Shown piece after piece: positions 34,252 through 43,039 of a stretch of 64,000 nucleotides of DNA. Every line of letters starts with the position of its first letter. Positions within the stretch are counted from its first letter, which is position 1. This DNA is from a virus (Duplodnaviria; Caudoviricetes), in the IMG/VR virus record IMGVR_UViG_3300042317_000620, positions 1 through 64,000 of that record; one strand, 5' to 3'. Below the pieces are notes generated by a model. The model had not been told where the DNA came from. It did not search any database and saw only the letters and a program-made list of their open reading frames with translations. Both the position numbers and the translations under genes were made by a program.

Positions 34252-36035
34252 AATAAATTTAACTTTCCTAAAAATTCTTTAACATCATCTGGCATCTCAT
34301 TGTTTCTTTCATTTTCCAATTCTTGCCTTTTTTGCCTTTGCATTTCTTTGTGTGCGCTTGACCAAGTTCTAACCTCTACTTCAAGATTATTTTCTTTACT
34401 AGTATATGATATCGCACCAAAGGCTGCACCGCAAACTGCGTCAGCCAAATCTTTAGAAGATTTACGTGGATGGTCTACACGATTATTTTTCATAATTTTA
34501 AGTTCTGATAATTCTTCTAATAAAAGTGGAATGCTTGGCATAACAATTCTATCCTCATAAATAAGCATAGCCAAATCTTCATAATGTTTTTTAGCAACTG
34601 AGACTGTGTCTGTATCAATATTTACAGCCTTAAGTTCTTGCTGAATATCATATGATTGCCATCTATCGAATGTTACCTTGCCAATATTAAATCCTAATCT
34701 TCTAAGATTAATAATCCAGTTCTTTACCTCACTTAGGTTGACTGCTCCTTCTTTTTTAGGCTCCCACCATGCAACAGCATCTACTACAACAATTGGCGCT
34801 ACTTGCTCATAGTCTTTAATAACCTGCAAGTTAACCCATTTTTCAACGTGTGCAATTGCTACAGCACACTTATCATGTCTTTGTGCTAAGTCTGCGTGAA
34901 TGTAATATGTTTTATTTGGATCTGGAACAAACCCTTGATCAAATCTTCTAAATTCATCTACTGGATTACGAATGGTCATACATTTTTCTAACTTATCCTT
35001 TTGTTTAAAGAAAGCATCAGAAGAATATGTTGGCATACATAGGAACCGCATCATTGCATCTCCTAAGTCTGTATAAAAAGCAATTTTAAAATCATCAATA
35101 CTTCTAGTTGGATTTACTTCCCATGTTGGTCTTTTAAGTGCCCATACTCCAGGAAATTTGTAAGAAATAATATGGTCTTCTTCCCACTCAATTTGTAATG
35201 TATTGTCTGGTGTTTCGTCTAGCAGTGGATTAATTATAAACTTATGTGATTTATGAACAATATCTTTGTCTGCTATAACACTCTCGTACTTTTCAGAAAT
35301 GAAGTCTCCTTGATATCTTGGAAACGATAGCAATACAACCTTTCCTAAATCAGGAAAACGAGAATCTACAGTTCCTCTAAATGCCTTATATATATTGTCT
35401 GCTGTTTTACCTTGTTCATTTCCAGTGCCAACCTCACTAGCAAACCCAGAAATTTCATCAAGAACTGCAAGCAATAAGTTTAAACCTTCATGGGATTCTC
35501 TTTCTGAATGTCCAGAATAAACTGTGATAGTTTTATCAAACTCAATAGAATCTACTTTAGCATTATATCTTCCTGCAAACCAAGGAGATCTTTCTATTTT
35601 TGTTTTAAATCCTTTGAAGAAGACGTTTTTTGCTTGTTGGGCGTTGATAGCAACGTTAATAAGGTCAATTGCATCACCAGGCGGTTTGCCAAAATACCTC
35701 GCGGGATCTTTAAGACATAGCAACTTATAAACAATATAGGCACAAGCAACAGTTGAAGTGAAGTCCTTGCCACTACCCTTCCCAAGTTGTAAAATAATTT
35801 CGTTCTTAGTGTACTTGTCATAATATCTTGCTCCTTCGACATTCCCCATTAATAATTCAAGATCTGCCTTTTTATATATTTGACTCATTGCCTCTACAAT
35901 TTCATATTGTGTATCTGACAATGGTGGTTGTCCAAGATAGTCTGATGACTCGACAAATGTTTTTGCATCTACTGGAGTTTCTTCAAAAGGATTATCCTGT
36001 AGCGCTTCTAAAAAATCATTGAACATCGTGGACAA
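34248..36035 (-). CDS. terL: Terminase large subunit
   Basis: Walker A GKGSGKD, Walker B VLDE, nuclease HADLA..D, TFDRWQS, DHP..SKDLADAV. Confidence 0.92.
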   Translation of the reverse strand: MSTMFNDFLEALQDNPFEETPVDAKTFVESSDYLGQPPLSDTQYEIVEAMSQIYKKADLELLMGNVEGARYYDKYTKNEIILQLGKGSGKDFTSTVACAYIVYKLLCLKDPARYFGKPPGDAIDLINVAINAQQAKNVFFKGFKTKIERSPWFAGRYNAKVDSIEFDKTITVYSGHSERESHEGLNLLLAVLDEISGFASEVGTGNEQGKTADNIYKAFRGTVDSRFPDLGKVVLLSFPRYQGDFISEKYESVIADKDIVHKSHKFIINPLLDETPDNTLQIEWEEDHIISYKFPGVWALKRPTWEVNPTRSIDDFKIAFYTDLGDAMMRFLCMPTYSSDAFFKQKDKLEKCMTIRNPVDEFRRFDQGFVPDPNKTYYIHADLAQRHDKCAVAIAHVEKWVNLQVIKDYEQVAPIVVVDAVAWWEPKKEGAVNLSEVKNWIINLRRLGFNIGKVTFDRWQSYDIQQELKAVNIDTDTVSVAKKHYEDLAMLIYEDRIVMPSIPLLLEELSELKIMKNNRVDHPRKSSKDLADAVCGAAFGAISYTSKENNLEVEVRTWSSAHKEMQRQKRQELENERNNEMPDDVKEFLGKLNLL

Positions 36036-36552
36036 TTGTAATCACCTCGTCTGATCTTGATATATCAGACAACCTTTGCATAATTAAATCACGAACCTGT
36101 GGATGATCTTTTGCAATATCTTTTAATATATTAACAAGAACTTCTTGTCTTCTTTCAATTTCAACCACTTCTTCTGCAAGTTCTTTGTTTTCAAGCAATC
36201 CTGCTTTTTGCAACATCTCAATTCTTTTTGCTTCAATATCTAGGACTAGTTTAATTCCAGCAGTTTTTGCTCCTAAGTTATTGTTCATTGTTGCTTCATC
36301 AATAACTTCATATGCTTTTGCAATAAGTTTTCCATAATGTGTATCTGCAGCAGCAAGTGCTTCTTTAGCCCTAGAACGAATGGCATCATTTGCAGATACC
36401 ATAACTTTCCATTCATTTAAATGTGCAACAACACGAGTTCTTGGAATACTCAAATCTTTAGAAATTTTTGTTGGATCGCTACCCTTTAAGTATTCTTCAA
36501 CAACCTTATTAATTTCATCTAGATGTTCTACTATCTCAATATCCTTAGACAT
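36016..36552 (-). CDS. HTH/coiled-coil protein, candidate terminase small subunit
   Basis: PTKISKDLSIPRTRV HTH-like segment; lies directly upstream of terL. Confidence 0.55.
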   Translation of the reverse strand: MSKDIEIVEHLDEINKVVEEYLKGSDPTKISKDLSIPRTRVVAHLNEWKVMVSANDAIRSRAKEALAAADTHYGKLIAKAYEVIDEATMNNNLGAKTAGIKLVLDIEAKRIEMLQKAGLLENKELAEEVVEIERRQEVLVNILKDIAKDHPQVRDLIMQRLSDISRSDEVITIVHDVQ

Positions 36553-36784
36553 TTTTTCCTTCAATTCTATTAATTTCATCTTGTATATAAAAGATAGCCT
36601 TCTTTAAATCTTCAACATGTCTATACTCATCTTTTAATCCTGCTCTCCATAAATATTTAAATGCATTTCCAATATTAAAATTTCTATGACGGGTAATCTG
36701 AATACACTCAACACCAGATGGATCTGACGTGTAATGCTCAGGGTGATTTACTTGGTCTACTGTGATTTTAAGACTATCGCTCAT
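36545..36784 (-). CDS. DUF3310 family protein
   Basis: DQVNHPEHY, ECI, GNAFKYLWRAGLK, EDLKKAIFYI. Confidence 0.85.
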   Translation of the reverse strand: MSDSLKITVDQVNHPEHYTSDPSGVECIQITRHRNFNIGNAFKYLWRAGLKDEYRHVEDLKKAIFYIQDEINRIEGKNV

Positions 36785-36936
36785 CTTTTTGACTTCCTTA
36801 ATCCAAATTTTGCAAGATAAACATAGATTGTTTCTATGCTTGCCCCACACTCTTTTGCAATTTCTTCTGGAGACTTCTTGTCAATAACAAATCTTTTCTT
36901 TAGCCATACCTCTGAAGTATAAAGTTTAGCAGACAT
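36781..36936 (-). CDS. 51-aa HTH protein
   Basis: Own translation MSAKLYTSEVWLKKRFVIDKKSPEEIAKECGASIETIYVYLAKFGLRKSKR*. Confidence 0.75.
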   Translation of the reverse strand: MSAKLYTSEVWLKKRFVIDKKSPEEIAKECGASIETIYVYLAKFGLRKSKR

Positions 36937-37118
36937 CATGCCTCTTTGTCAACCTTAATAACGGGATCAAGCCTATTCCAATATCCGTGAGGGCTACCTT
37001 GATACATCTGTCCAGTTTCACGATCCATCAATATCCACTTTGTTGGAGCAAGAGTTCTTACAGTTAAGATTACGTCAGAATCTTCCTCTTTAAATAAAAA
37101 CATGTCTCTATCGCTCAT
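36936..37118 (-). CDS. Hypothetical protein
   Basis: 60-aa ORF with coupled overlaps. Confidence 0.65.
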   Translation of the reverse strand: MSDRDMFLFKEEDSDVILTVRTLAPTKWILMDRETGQMYQGSPHGYWNRLDPVIKVDKEA

Positions 37119-37759
37119 ACTTCACCATCAGATTCAAGAACATCATAGTTATAGGCATTGGAATCCTCAAGTATCCACTTGTCGTAACTTTCAACATCCC
37201 ACTTATTTGTATTAATTAGCCTATTTATTACTAGATCTTTTTTAGTAACAAATGATGGCTCTTTAATTCTTACCCTGTTGTTTGGCTGTACGGCAAAATT
37301 TCCATCATCTCTTTGAATAACATGTCCACATTTATGTTGCCCTGGATTTTCAGAATACCCATCATCCAAAATATTAGTTTCTGGGCTATGCCAATCTAAA
37401 GTAAATAGATAAGTTCCAGGAACATTAGTTTTATTTCTATCAATATAAGACATTCTCATATTGCTTAATGCCTGAAACTTTGTAACAGAAACGTGTGAAC
37501 TAAAAGAATTCCATAAAACAAGATTATGTATCGGTTCTTCTGGAACTCCTGGCTTAGTGCAGAATGCATTAATTGGCATTCTCCACCAAATCCCACCATC
37601 TTCCATCATAAAATGAAACAGTGGGCTTCTTGCTTTAATACTTGAAACACCAAATATTACACATGGAAAATACTGATCATGACTATCCAATTGATCTCTT
37701 AAAAAATTTCCACGAACATAACATTCAATTGGTGGTATGTTTGCATTTAACTCTGGCAT
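37115..37759 (-). CDS. Phage hypothetical protein
   Basis: LNANIPP, YLFTLDW, QHKCGH, GNFAVQPNNRV; TAATG start. Confidence 0.75.
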   Translation of the reverse strand: MPELNANIPPIECYVRGNFLRDQLDSHDQYFPCVIFGVSSIKARSPLFHFMMEDGGIWWRMPINAFCTKPGVPEEPIHNLVLWNSFSSHVSVTKFQALSNMRMSYIDRNKTNVPGTYLFTLDWHSPETNILDDGYSENPGQHKCGHVIQRDDGNFAVQPNNRVRIKEPSFVTKKDLVINRLINTNKWDVESYDKWILEDSNAYNYDVLESDGEV

Positions 37760-38328
37760 TAACCAACCCCTTTTTCCCAATTATTTAAACCCCAATGTCC
37801 TATGCCACAAGCATCTGCCACATCATTGTCATCTATAATCTTATCATAGTTGATTTCAATAAACTTTATAGTTCTTTCTTTTCTTATGTTACGCTCATAA
37901 GATTTATACCACGCATCTGACTTACCTGGATTTTTTGATCTAATAACAAGTTTTTCTTCTTTAGATAATGCTTTATTTCCAATATAATTTTGCCAAGTTA
38001 TTGGTGATACCTTTGCTACATTAAGCACCCCAGAAACTCCTGCTGCTCCAATAATAGCGCCTTGAACCAACGCAAGATCTGCTGCAGTTTTTGGACTATT
38101 CATAAATACGGTATGTTCAATAATTATAGAATCAGTATTAATAAATGATTTATCTTTTAAAAACGACTGCACTTTTTTTGATGCATCAATACATTTTTGA
38201 TAAATATCTTTTCCTTCAAAATTAATCTTTCCAATCATTTTTAAATTGCCAAACTCAAAAAGGGCAAATGCTAAACTATTAGTGCTTGCATCAATAGCAA
38301 CAAATTTTTCTGGTCTAACGTATGTCAT
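37759..38328 (-). CDS. RuvC-like Holliday junction resolvase
   Basis: VAIDAS, IIIEH, DVADACGI acidic triad. Confidence 0.8.
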   Translation of the reverse strand: MTYVRPEKFVAIDASTNSLAFALFEFGNLKMIGKINFEGKDIYQKCIDASKKVQSFLKDKSFINTDSIIIEHTVFMNSPKTAADLALVQGAIIGAAGVSGVLNVAKVSPITWQNYIGNKALSKEEKLVIRSKNPGKSDAWYKSYERNIRKERTIKFIEINYDKIIDDNDVADACGIGHWGLNNWEKGVG

Positions 38329-38608
38329 AATAGTCTATTAGTCCTTTCAAATCTTTTAATGCTTTATTAACCTTTTTATTATCTACAGAACAGTTTTCAC
38401 AATAGTTAGAGTCGTTATATGCTGAAAGAACAGTTCCACATCCTCTTGCACATTTACGATCTTTGCCATGTCTTTTTTTTCGTTTATTAATTGCTTGCTT
38501 TTCTGCAATTTTAATCTTTGTCGCCTCTACTCGACATTCTGGACTACAATAAATTTGATAACTTACAGTAGGAGAAAATTCATTCTCGCACCACTCACAT
38601 GGCTTCAC
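38315..38608 (-). CDS. Cys-rich zinc-finger protein
   Basis: CEWC, CSPEC, CARGC, CENC. Confidence 0.75.
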   Translation of the reverse strand: MKPCEWCENEFSPTVSYQIYCSPECRVEATKIKIAEKQAINKRKKRHGKDRKCARGCGTVLSAYNDSNYCENCSVDNKKVNKALKDLKGLIDYYDIR

Positions 38609-39407
38609 TCAATTGCTCCAGCGAACCAATTTTAATTACCCCTGGTTCCGATTGGGCGCATGCCTTTTGTATTGGACATGCTTTGCAAATTTTAGAGTTT
38701 GATCTATAATTTTTTTGTGGTAACTGCTTATCTTGCCATGCTTGCCTTACGGTTTTCATCCAATCAAATGTAGTATCAATCCATTTTCTATAGTGGTCAT
38801 TAACACTAATTGGAACTATAAACAACTCATAATTATTTTTATTCTCATAGATCATTAAGCCATTAGACATCTTCAATATCTTCATATAAATCAACAACTG
38901 TGCAATATGATATGTCTTTGCTTTGTTTGTTTTTTTAATATATTCAAAACCTTCATTGCTTACAGTTTTAATTTCAATAACAAACTCTTCGTTATTCCAC
39001 TCAATCATTCCATCTGCCCAGCCATAAATAGGAGGGTCGTTGCTAAGAATTTTAAACTCTGTTGTGTCCTTACCATCTTCATCTACAAACTTTTTGGCAA
39101 TCCCAGACTTTAGTAGTGCATCTTGAATTCTACCGTGAGAAAGAGATCCATTAGACATATTTGCTACTGAAAACGGAGTGTTTGTGCTTTCAAAAACAAC
39201 ACCATCAAATGCATGATACCAATATCTAGGACATTCTCCATGTCCATAAATTAAGCCTGATGGCGCAAATGTTTTTTTCTTTTGATGTTTTGGATCTTGT
39301 CCGACCATATAGCCAGACTGTATTTTTTCAATAACTGCATTCACATCTATATCATTTTCTGATTTTGCTGGTCTAACCATTACTTGCTGTAGTAAACTTT
39401 TAGTCAT
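38595..39407 (-). CDS. Cas4-like PD-(D/E)XK exonuclease
   Basis: CPRYWY, H, ADG, EIKT, QLLIY, C-terminal CxxCxxxxxC. Confidence 0.85.
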   Translation of the reverse strand: MTKSLLQQVMVRPAKSENDIDVNAVIEKIQSGYMVGQDPKHQKKKTFAPSGLIYGHGECPRYWYHAFDGVVFESTNTPFSVANMSNGSLSHGRIQDALLKSGIAKKFVDEDGKDTTEFKILSNDPPIYGWADGMIEWNNEEFVIEIKTVSNEGFEYIKKTNKAKTYHIAQLLIYMKILKMSNGLMIYENKNNYELFIVPISVNDHYRKWIDTTFDWMKTVRQAWQDKQLPQKNYRSNSKICKACPIQKACAQSEPGVIKIGSLEQLSEAM

Positions 39408-39435
39408 TATATTCCTTTGTTTATACAAGTATACA

Positions 39436-39735
39436 CTATTTCGTAATATATTTTAGTGCTGATACTAAATTGTTTACTGATTCTGCTGCAGTGTAGTAAA
39501 TATTTTTCTTTGCCCTGTTGTTTTTGTCAACATTTGCCATCCAAGTTGCCTTTAATGATAATTTAGCAGCAATAGCCTGAAGCCTGACAATCTCTAGTGT
39601 TGCCACTTGAATTGGGATATCTGGCTTAATGATAAGTTTAGCAATCATAGTAAGTGCAGTTGTAAGATCTTCATCTTCCATATATTCTGATATTTCTGAA
39701 AGACCATTAATCATTTCTAGTGTTGTTTTTTCCAT
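39436..39735 (-). CDS. Hypothetical protein
   Basis: 99-aa helical ORF in operon. Confidence 0.7.
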   Translation of the reverse strand: MEKTTLEMINGLSEISEYMEDEDLTTALTMIAKLIIKPDIPIQVATLEIVRLQAIAAKLSLKATWMANVDKNNRAKKNIYYTAAESVNNLVSALKYITK

Positions 39736-40367
39736 TATATTATCCCTTTGTCATATTTTAACTTTATTGTTTTTTGTCTTATATCTCTTTCTTTGATAAA
39801 CTCTGGTGATATTTCATTGATATAGGTTGTTTTTTCAGAAAATTGACACAACAACATATCTAAATATTCATCATCATTAAAAACTTTTTTTTCTCTCCAA
39901 TGTACTTCATTGGTTCCAGAAAATATTAATGCCTCATTATTTTTTAAAATACTGCTTTCTCCTTCAACCACAATAGCCCAATCCAGGTTACTATCTAATT
40001 GAATATCAAAAGTTAATCTAGGAGTTTTAAATTTTGTATCAACATGTGGATGTAAATTTGGACTTCCATATTGTTTTGAATATCTAGTAAAAGAAATACT
40101 TTCTAATTCTAATTGTTTGTTTAATTTTTTTTCTGCTATATCAATAATTTTATCAAATATTTTTTTATTAATTTTTAAATTTATCGATCCATTATTTTCT
40201 TCCTTGTATTCTTTCCAATATAAAATTGAATACAAACGCCCTAATACTTCTTGAACAACATAATCTTCTTTTATAATATTATTAATTTCACTATAAAGAA
40301 AAGTCAATTCTTCTTCTGTAAAAATATTTTTTATAATTTTAGTATTAGTTATAGTATTTATATCCAT
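39735..40367 (-). CDS. 2OG-Fe(II) oxygenase-like protein (tandem paralog 3)
   Basis: PNLHPHVD, TFDIQL, W, GTNEVHWR. Confidence 0.8.
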   Translation of the reverse strand: MDINTITNTKIIKNIFTEEELTFLYSEINNIIKEDYVVQEVLGRLYSILYWKEYKEENNGSINLKINKKIFDKIIDIAEKKLNKQLELESISFTRYSKQYGSPNLHPHVDTKFKTPRLTFDIQLDSNLDWAIVVEGESSILKNNEALIFSGTNEVHWREKKVFNDDEYLDMLLCQFSEKTTYINEISPEFIKERDIRQKTIKLKYDKGII

Positions 40368-40986
40368 TTTTCAATTCTTTATCTAGCCAAACTTTACTTT
40401 TTACTTCACTCATTTTAACATTTGGAGGATTTTTTAAATCTTTAGAATCTAAAAAATGAAAGAAAACCATTTGTAAAAAATCATCTTCTTTAAAATCATA
40501 TGGTCTTCTCCAGTGAACTTGATCTTTTACATTAATCCAAAATCCTTGTCCGTCCAATAACTCAACCTCTTTGCCCTCTACCATGCTACGCCAATTAATA
40601 TTTGATTTTAATTGATAATTAAAAGTTATAAAAGAAGATGTTTGGTCTAGATGTGGTGGCAAAAATGGCGTCCCATATTTTTTATTGTATTCTACAAAAA
40701 ATGCTGGACCTAAATATAAAGATGGAGAGTATTGTTTAATATAGTTATTGAAAAATTTAACAATTTCTAAATCTGGTGTTAAATTAATCCTAATTCTTCC
40801 CAACTCTTTATTTAACAATACTGACGGTTCTTCAAAGCGCATACTTTCATTATTATTTGTTTCTGCTAATGGCATAAACTTTCTTGTATCATCTAAAAAT
40901 TTTTCAAAACTTTCTAAAACATCTGTTGGAAATATTTTGTCAATAATAACATTGTTATTTGTTAAAAAATCAACAGTTTCATTCAT
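40345..40986 (-). CDS. 2OG-Fe(II) oxygenase-like protein (tandem paralog 2)
   Basis: PFLPPHLD, TFNYQL, W, QVHWR. Confidence 0.8.
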   Translation of the reverse strand: MNETVDFLTNNNVIIDKIFPTDVLESFEKFLDDTRKFMPLAETNNNESMRFEEPSVLLNKELGRIRINLTPDLEIVKFFNNYIKQYSPSLYLGPAFFVEYNKKYGTPFLPPHLDQTSSFITFNYQLKSNINWRSMVEGKEVELLDGQGFWINVKDQVHWRRPYDFKEDDFLQMVFFHFLDSKDLKNPPNVKMSEVKSKVWLDKELKNGYKYYN

Positions 40987-41569
40987 TTATTTTTTCTTCC
41001 TCTCTGCTCATATTTAATTCACTTTGCCAAAAGTCACACTCAGACTCAAGATATTCTCTATATTCAGGATCAAACTCAGCATATTGATCTGAAGAAAAAT
41101 GAAAAAATATCATATCTAATTGTTGACCATCTAAAATTTTTTGATCTTTTCTCCAATGAATTTGATTTGTTCCAGAAAAAACAAGCGCTTCGTTATTATT
41201 TAAAACAAACTCTTTTCCTTTTACAAATAATGGCCATTCAAAATTGCCACCCAACTGAACATCTAACGTAATTCTTGGTTTAGGAAAAACTTCATCAAAA
41301 TGAGGAAACAGTTTTGGTACGTATCCAGTTTCATTGGTATAACTGACAAAACTGTGCTCTGTCAAATAAACAGAATAATCCAAAACATCATTCATTGTTT
41401 TGGTTACTTTATCTAAAATATTTGATGGCAAACCTGCATGATAAATTTTTTGACCTAGCAGTGTGGATAAATGGGTGCTGTCTACTGTTTTTATAAATTC
41501 ATATATTTGATTTATTTCATTTGCTGTAAATATATCATTTATGATAAAGTTTTTATGGTTATTATACAT
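40979..41569 (-). CDS. 2OG-Fe(II) oxygenase-like protein (tandem paralog 1)
   Basis: PKLFPHFD, TLDVQL, W, GTNQIHWR; TATAAT 6 nt before ATG 41569. Confidence 0.8.
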   Translation of the reverse strand: MYNNHKNFIINDIFTANEINQIYEFIKTVDSTHLSTLLGQKIYHAGLPSNILDKVTKTMNDVLDYSVYLTEHSFVSYTNETGYVPKLFPHFDEVFPKPRITLDVQLGGNFEWPLFVKGKEFVLNNNEALVFSGTNQIHWRKDQKILDGQQLDMIFFHFSSDQYAEFDPEYREYLESECDFWQSELNMSREEEKINE

Positions 41570-41576
41570 AATACTA

Positions 41577-41861
41577 TTATACACCATCCATATATTGTTC
41601 TAAAACGTCTACTTCTATTATAGCAAGTCTTATTTTTTTATTGCCTTCACCCAAAACAATAACAAGTGCTGGATCGCTATTATTCTTAATTGCATCTGTT
41701 ACTACTTTTGCCCAAACAGCAGCATTAAGAGTAAATGATTTTGCACTTTCCTTAAAATCTACAGTAAAACCATTCCAAGAAGCATCTCCCTTTTTAGTAT
41801 TTCTACCAGAGTTTTTATGCTGTATAGCCCCTAACCTTTTAGACTCAGAACGCTCACTCAT
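41577..41861 (-). CDS. Small PD-(D/E)XK nuclease / resolvase-like protein
   Basis: SE, NSG..KGD, VDFKE. Confidence 0.65.
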   Translation of the reverse strand: MSERSESKRLGAIQHKNSGRNTKKGDASWNGFTVDFKESAKSFTLNAAVWAKVVTDAIKNNSDPALVIVLGEGNKKIRLAIIEVDVLEQYMDGV

Positions 41862-42030
41862 TTTGATAATCCCTTTTTGATTTAGGAAGTAGGTTTACTT
41901 TAGATATATGTTTTTTCGTACACATCCAAGTTACGTCTTTTGTTTCAAGCCAAAACCTACAGACATCTATAACTTCACTACATTTTTGACATGCAAATTT
42001 ACCAGTAAAAGTTTTAAACTTTTCAGACAT
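41854..42030 (-). CDS. 58-aa zinc-binding protein
   Basis: Own translation MSEKFKTFTGKFACQKC...WMCTKKH...; overlaps both neighbours. Confidence 0.7.
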   Translation of the reverse strand: MSEKFKTFTGKFACQKCSEVIDVCRFWLETKDVTWMCTKKHISKVNLLPKSKRDYQNE

Positions 42031-43039
42031 TATTAACTTTATTCTTTATCATATCTTGTAAGTCTAAATCTTCTCTTACTCTGCTTACAAATGTATCTCT
42101 ACCCTGGATCTTTGTGCCATCGTCAAGTTGATACCAAGCACCAGTCCTATTGATTATCCCCAGACTTTCTGCTGTATCAACCAAATCAGCGATGGAATCA
42201 ATACCAAGATCATCACCTCTAAAATAAAAATCGTACTCACCAGATTGGAAGGATGGAGAAGTTTTTGAAAACTGTAACTCCCACCTAACTTTACGACCAA
42301 CTTTTTCTTCAATGAGTTTGTCTCCGACATGTATCTTCCCCTTCAATGCTTGATTGTCTGATTCTGATGAAAATAGTTTAACAACAGTTGATGAGTAAAA
42401 CTTTGTTGCCTGACCACCAGTTGGTTGTTGGCTGGTATACATTGCACTAATATTATTTCTTGATTGTGAAATAAGAATAAACAAAGTTGGCTTAACCTTA
42501 TTGTTTGCATAATTAATCATCTTCCATGCATTACTAAAGTCACGAGATTCTGCACCAATTTGTTTAGTATTTTCTAATTGTTTTAGTTCATCCGTATCTT
42601 TTTCAAAATATATTGCTGGTAACAATGAAGTAATTGAGTCAACTACAATTAAATCAACTCCAGCCTCCATTAGTTGCACACCTACATCAACCATTTCATT
42701 AATTGTTCTAGCCTTTGAAACAATTAATTTAGATGTATCTACACCAAGTTTTTGTGACCATTCTTTATCATATGACATTTCAGCATCAATCCAAGCACAA
42801 ATCTTTCCTTCTTGTTGTGCTAAAGCAACTGTCTGAAGGCATAAAGAGGACTTAGCAGAAGACTTAGATCCCCACATAAGGACTTGTCTACCATACGGCA
42901 AACCACCGTTTAAAGCCCTATTAAGACCAGTGCTAGGTGTTGCTGCATATTCTGTTGCTGGAACTGAATCTCCAGACATTATGCTTTTACGTAATTTAGG
43001 ATTAAGTTGTGCTAAAACTTCTTCTATACTAACTGACAT
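42023..43039 (-). CDS. recA: RecA/UvsX recombinase
   Basis: LNGGLPYGR, GSKSSAKS, WIDAE, IVVDSI, ISQSR, PTGG.ATKFYSS, GAWY. Confidence 0.92.
   Translation of the reverse strand: MSVSIEEVLAQLNPKLRKSIMSGDSVPATEYAATPSTGLNRALNGGLPYGRQVLMWGSKSSAKSSLCLQTVALAQQEGKICAWIDAEMSYDKEWSQKLGVDTSKLIVSKARTINEMVDVGVQLMEAGVDLIVVDSITSLLPAIYFEKDTDELKQLENTKQIGAESRDFSNAWKMINYANNKVKPTLFILISQSRNNISAMYTSQQPTGGQATKFYSSTVVKLFSSESDNQALKGKIHVGDKLIEEKVGRKVRWELQFSKTSPSFQSGEYDFYFRGDDLGIDSIADLVDTAESLGIINRTGAWYQLDDGTKIQGRDTFVSRVREDLDLQDMIKNKVNNV

Noticed and set aside
38595-39407. Cas4-like gene as evidence of a CRISPR-Cas system
   Set aside because: No cas1/cas2 or effector genes and no repeat-spacer array are visible; solo Cas4-like exonucleases are normal in phage recombination modules.
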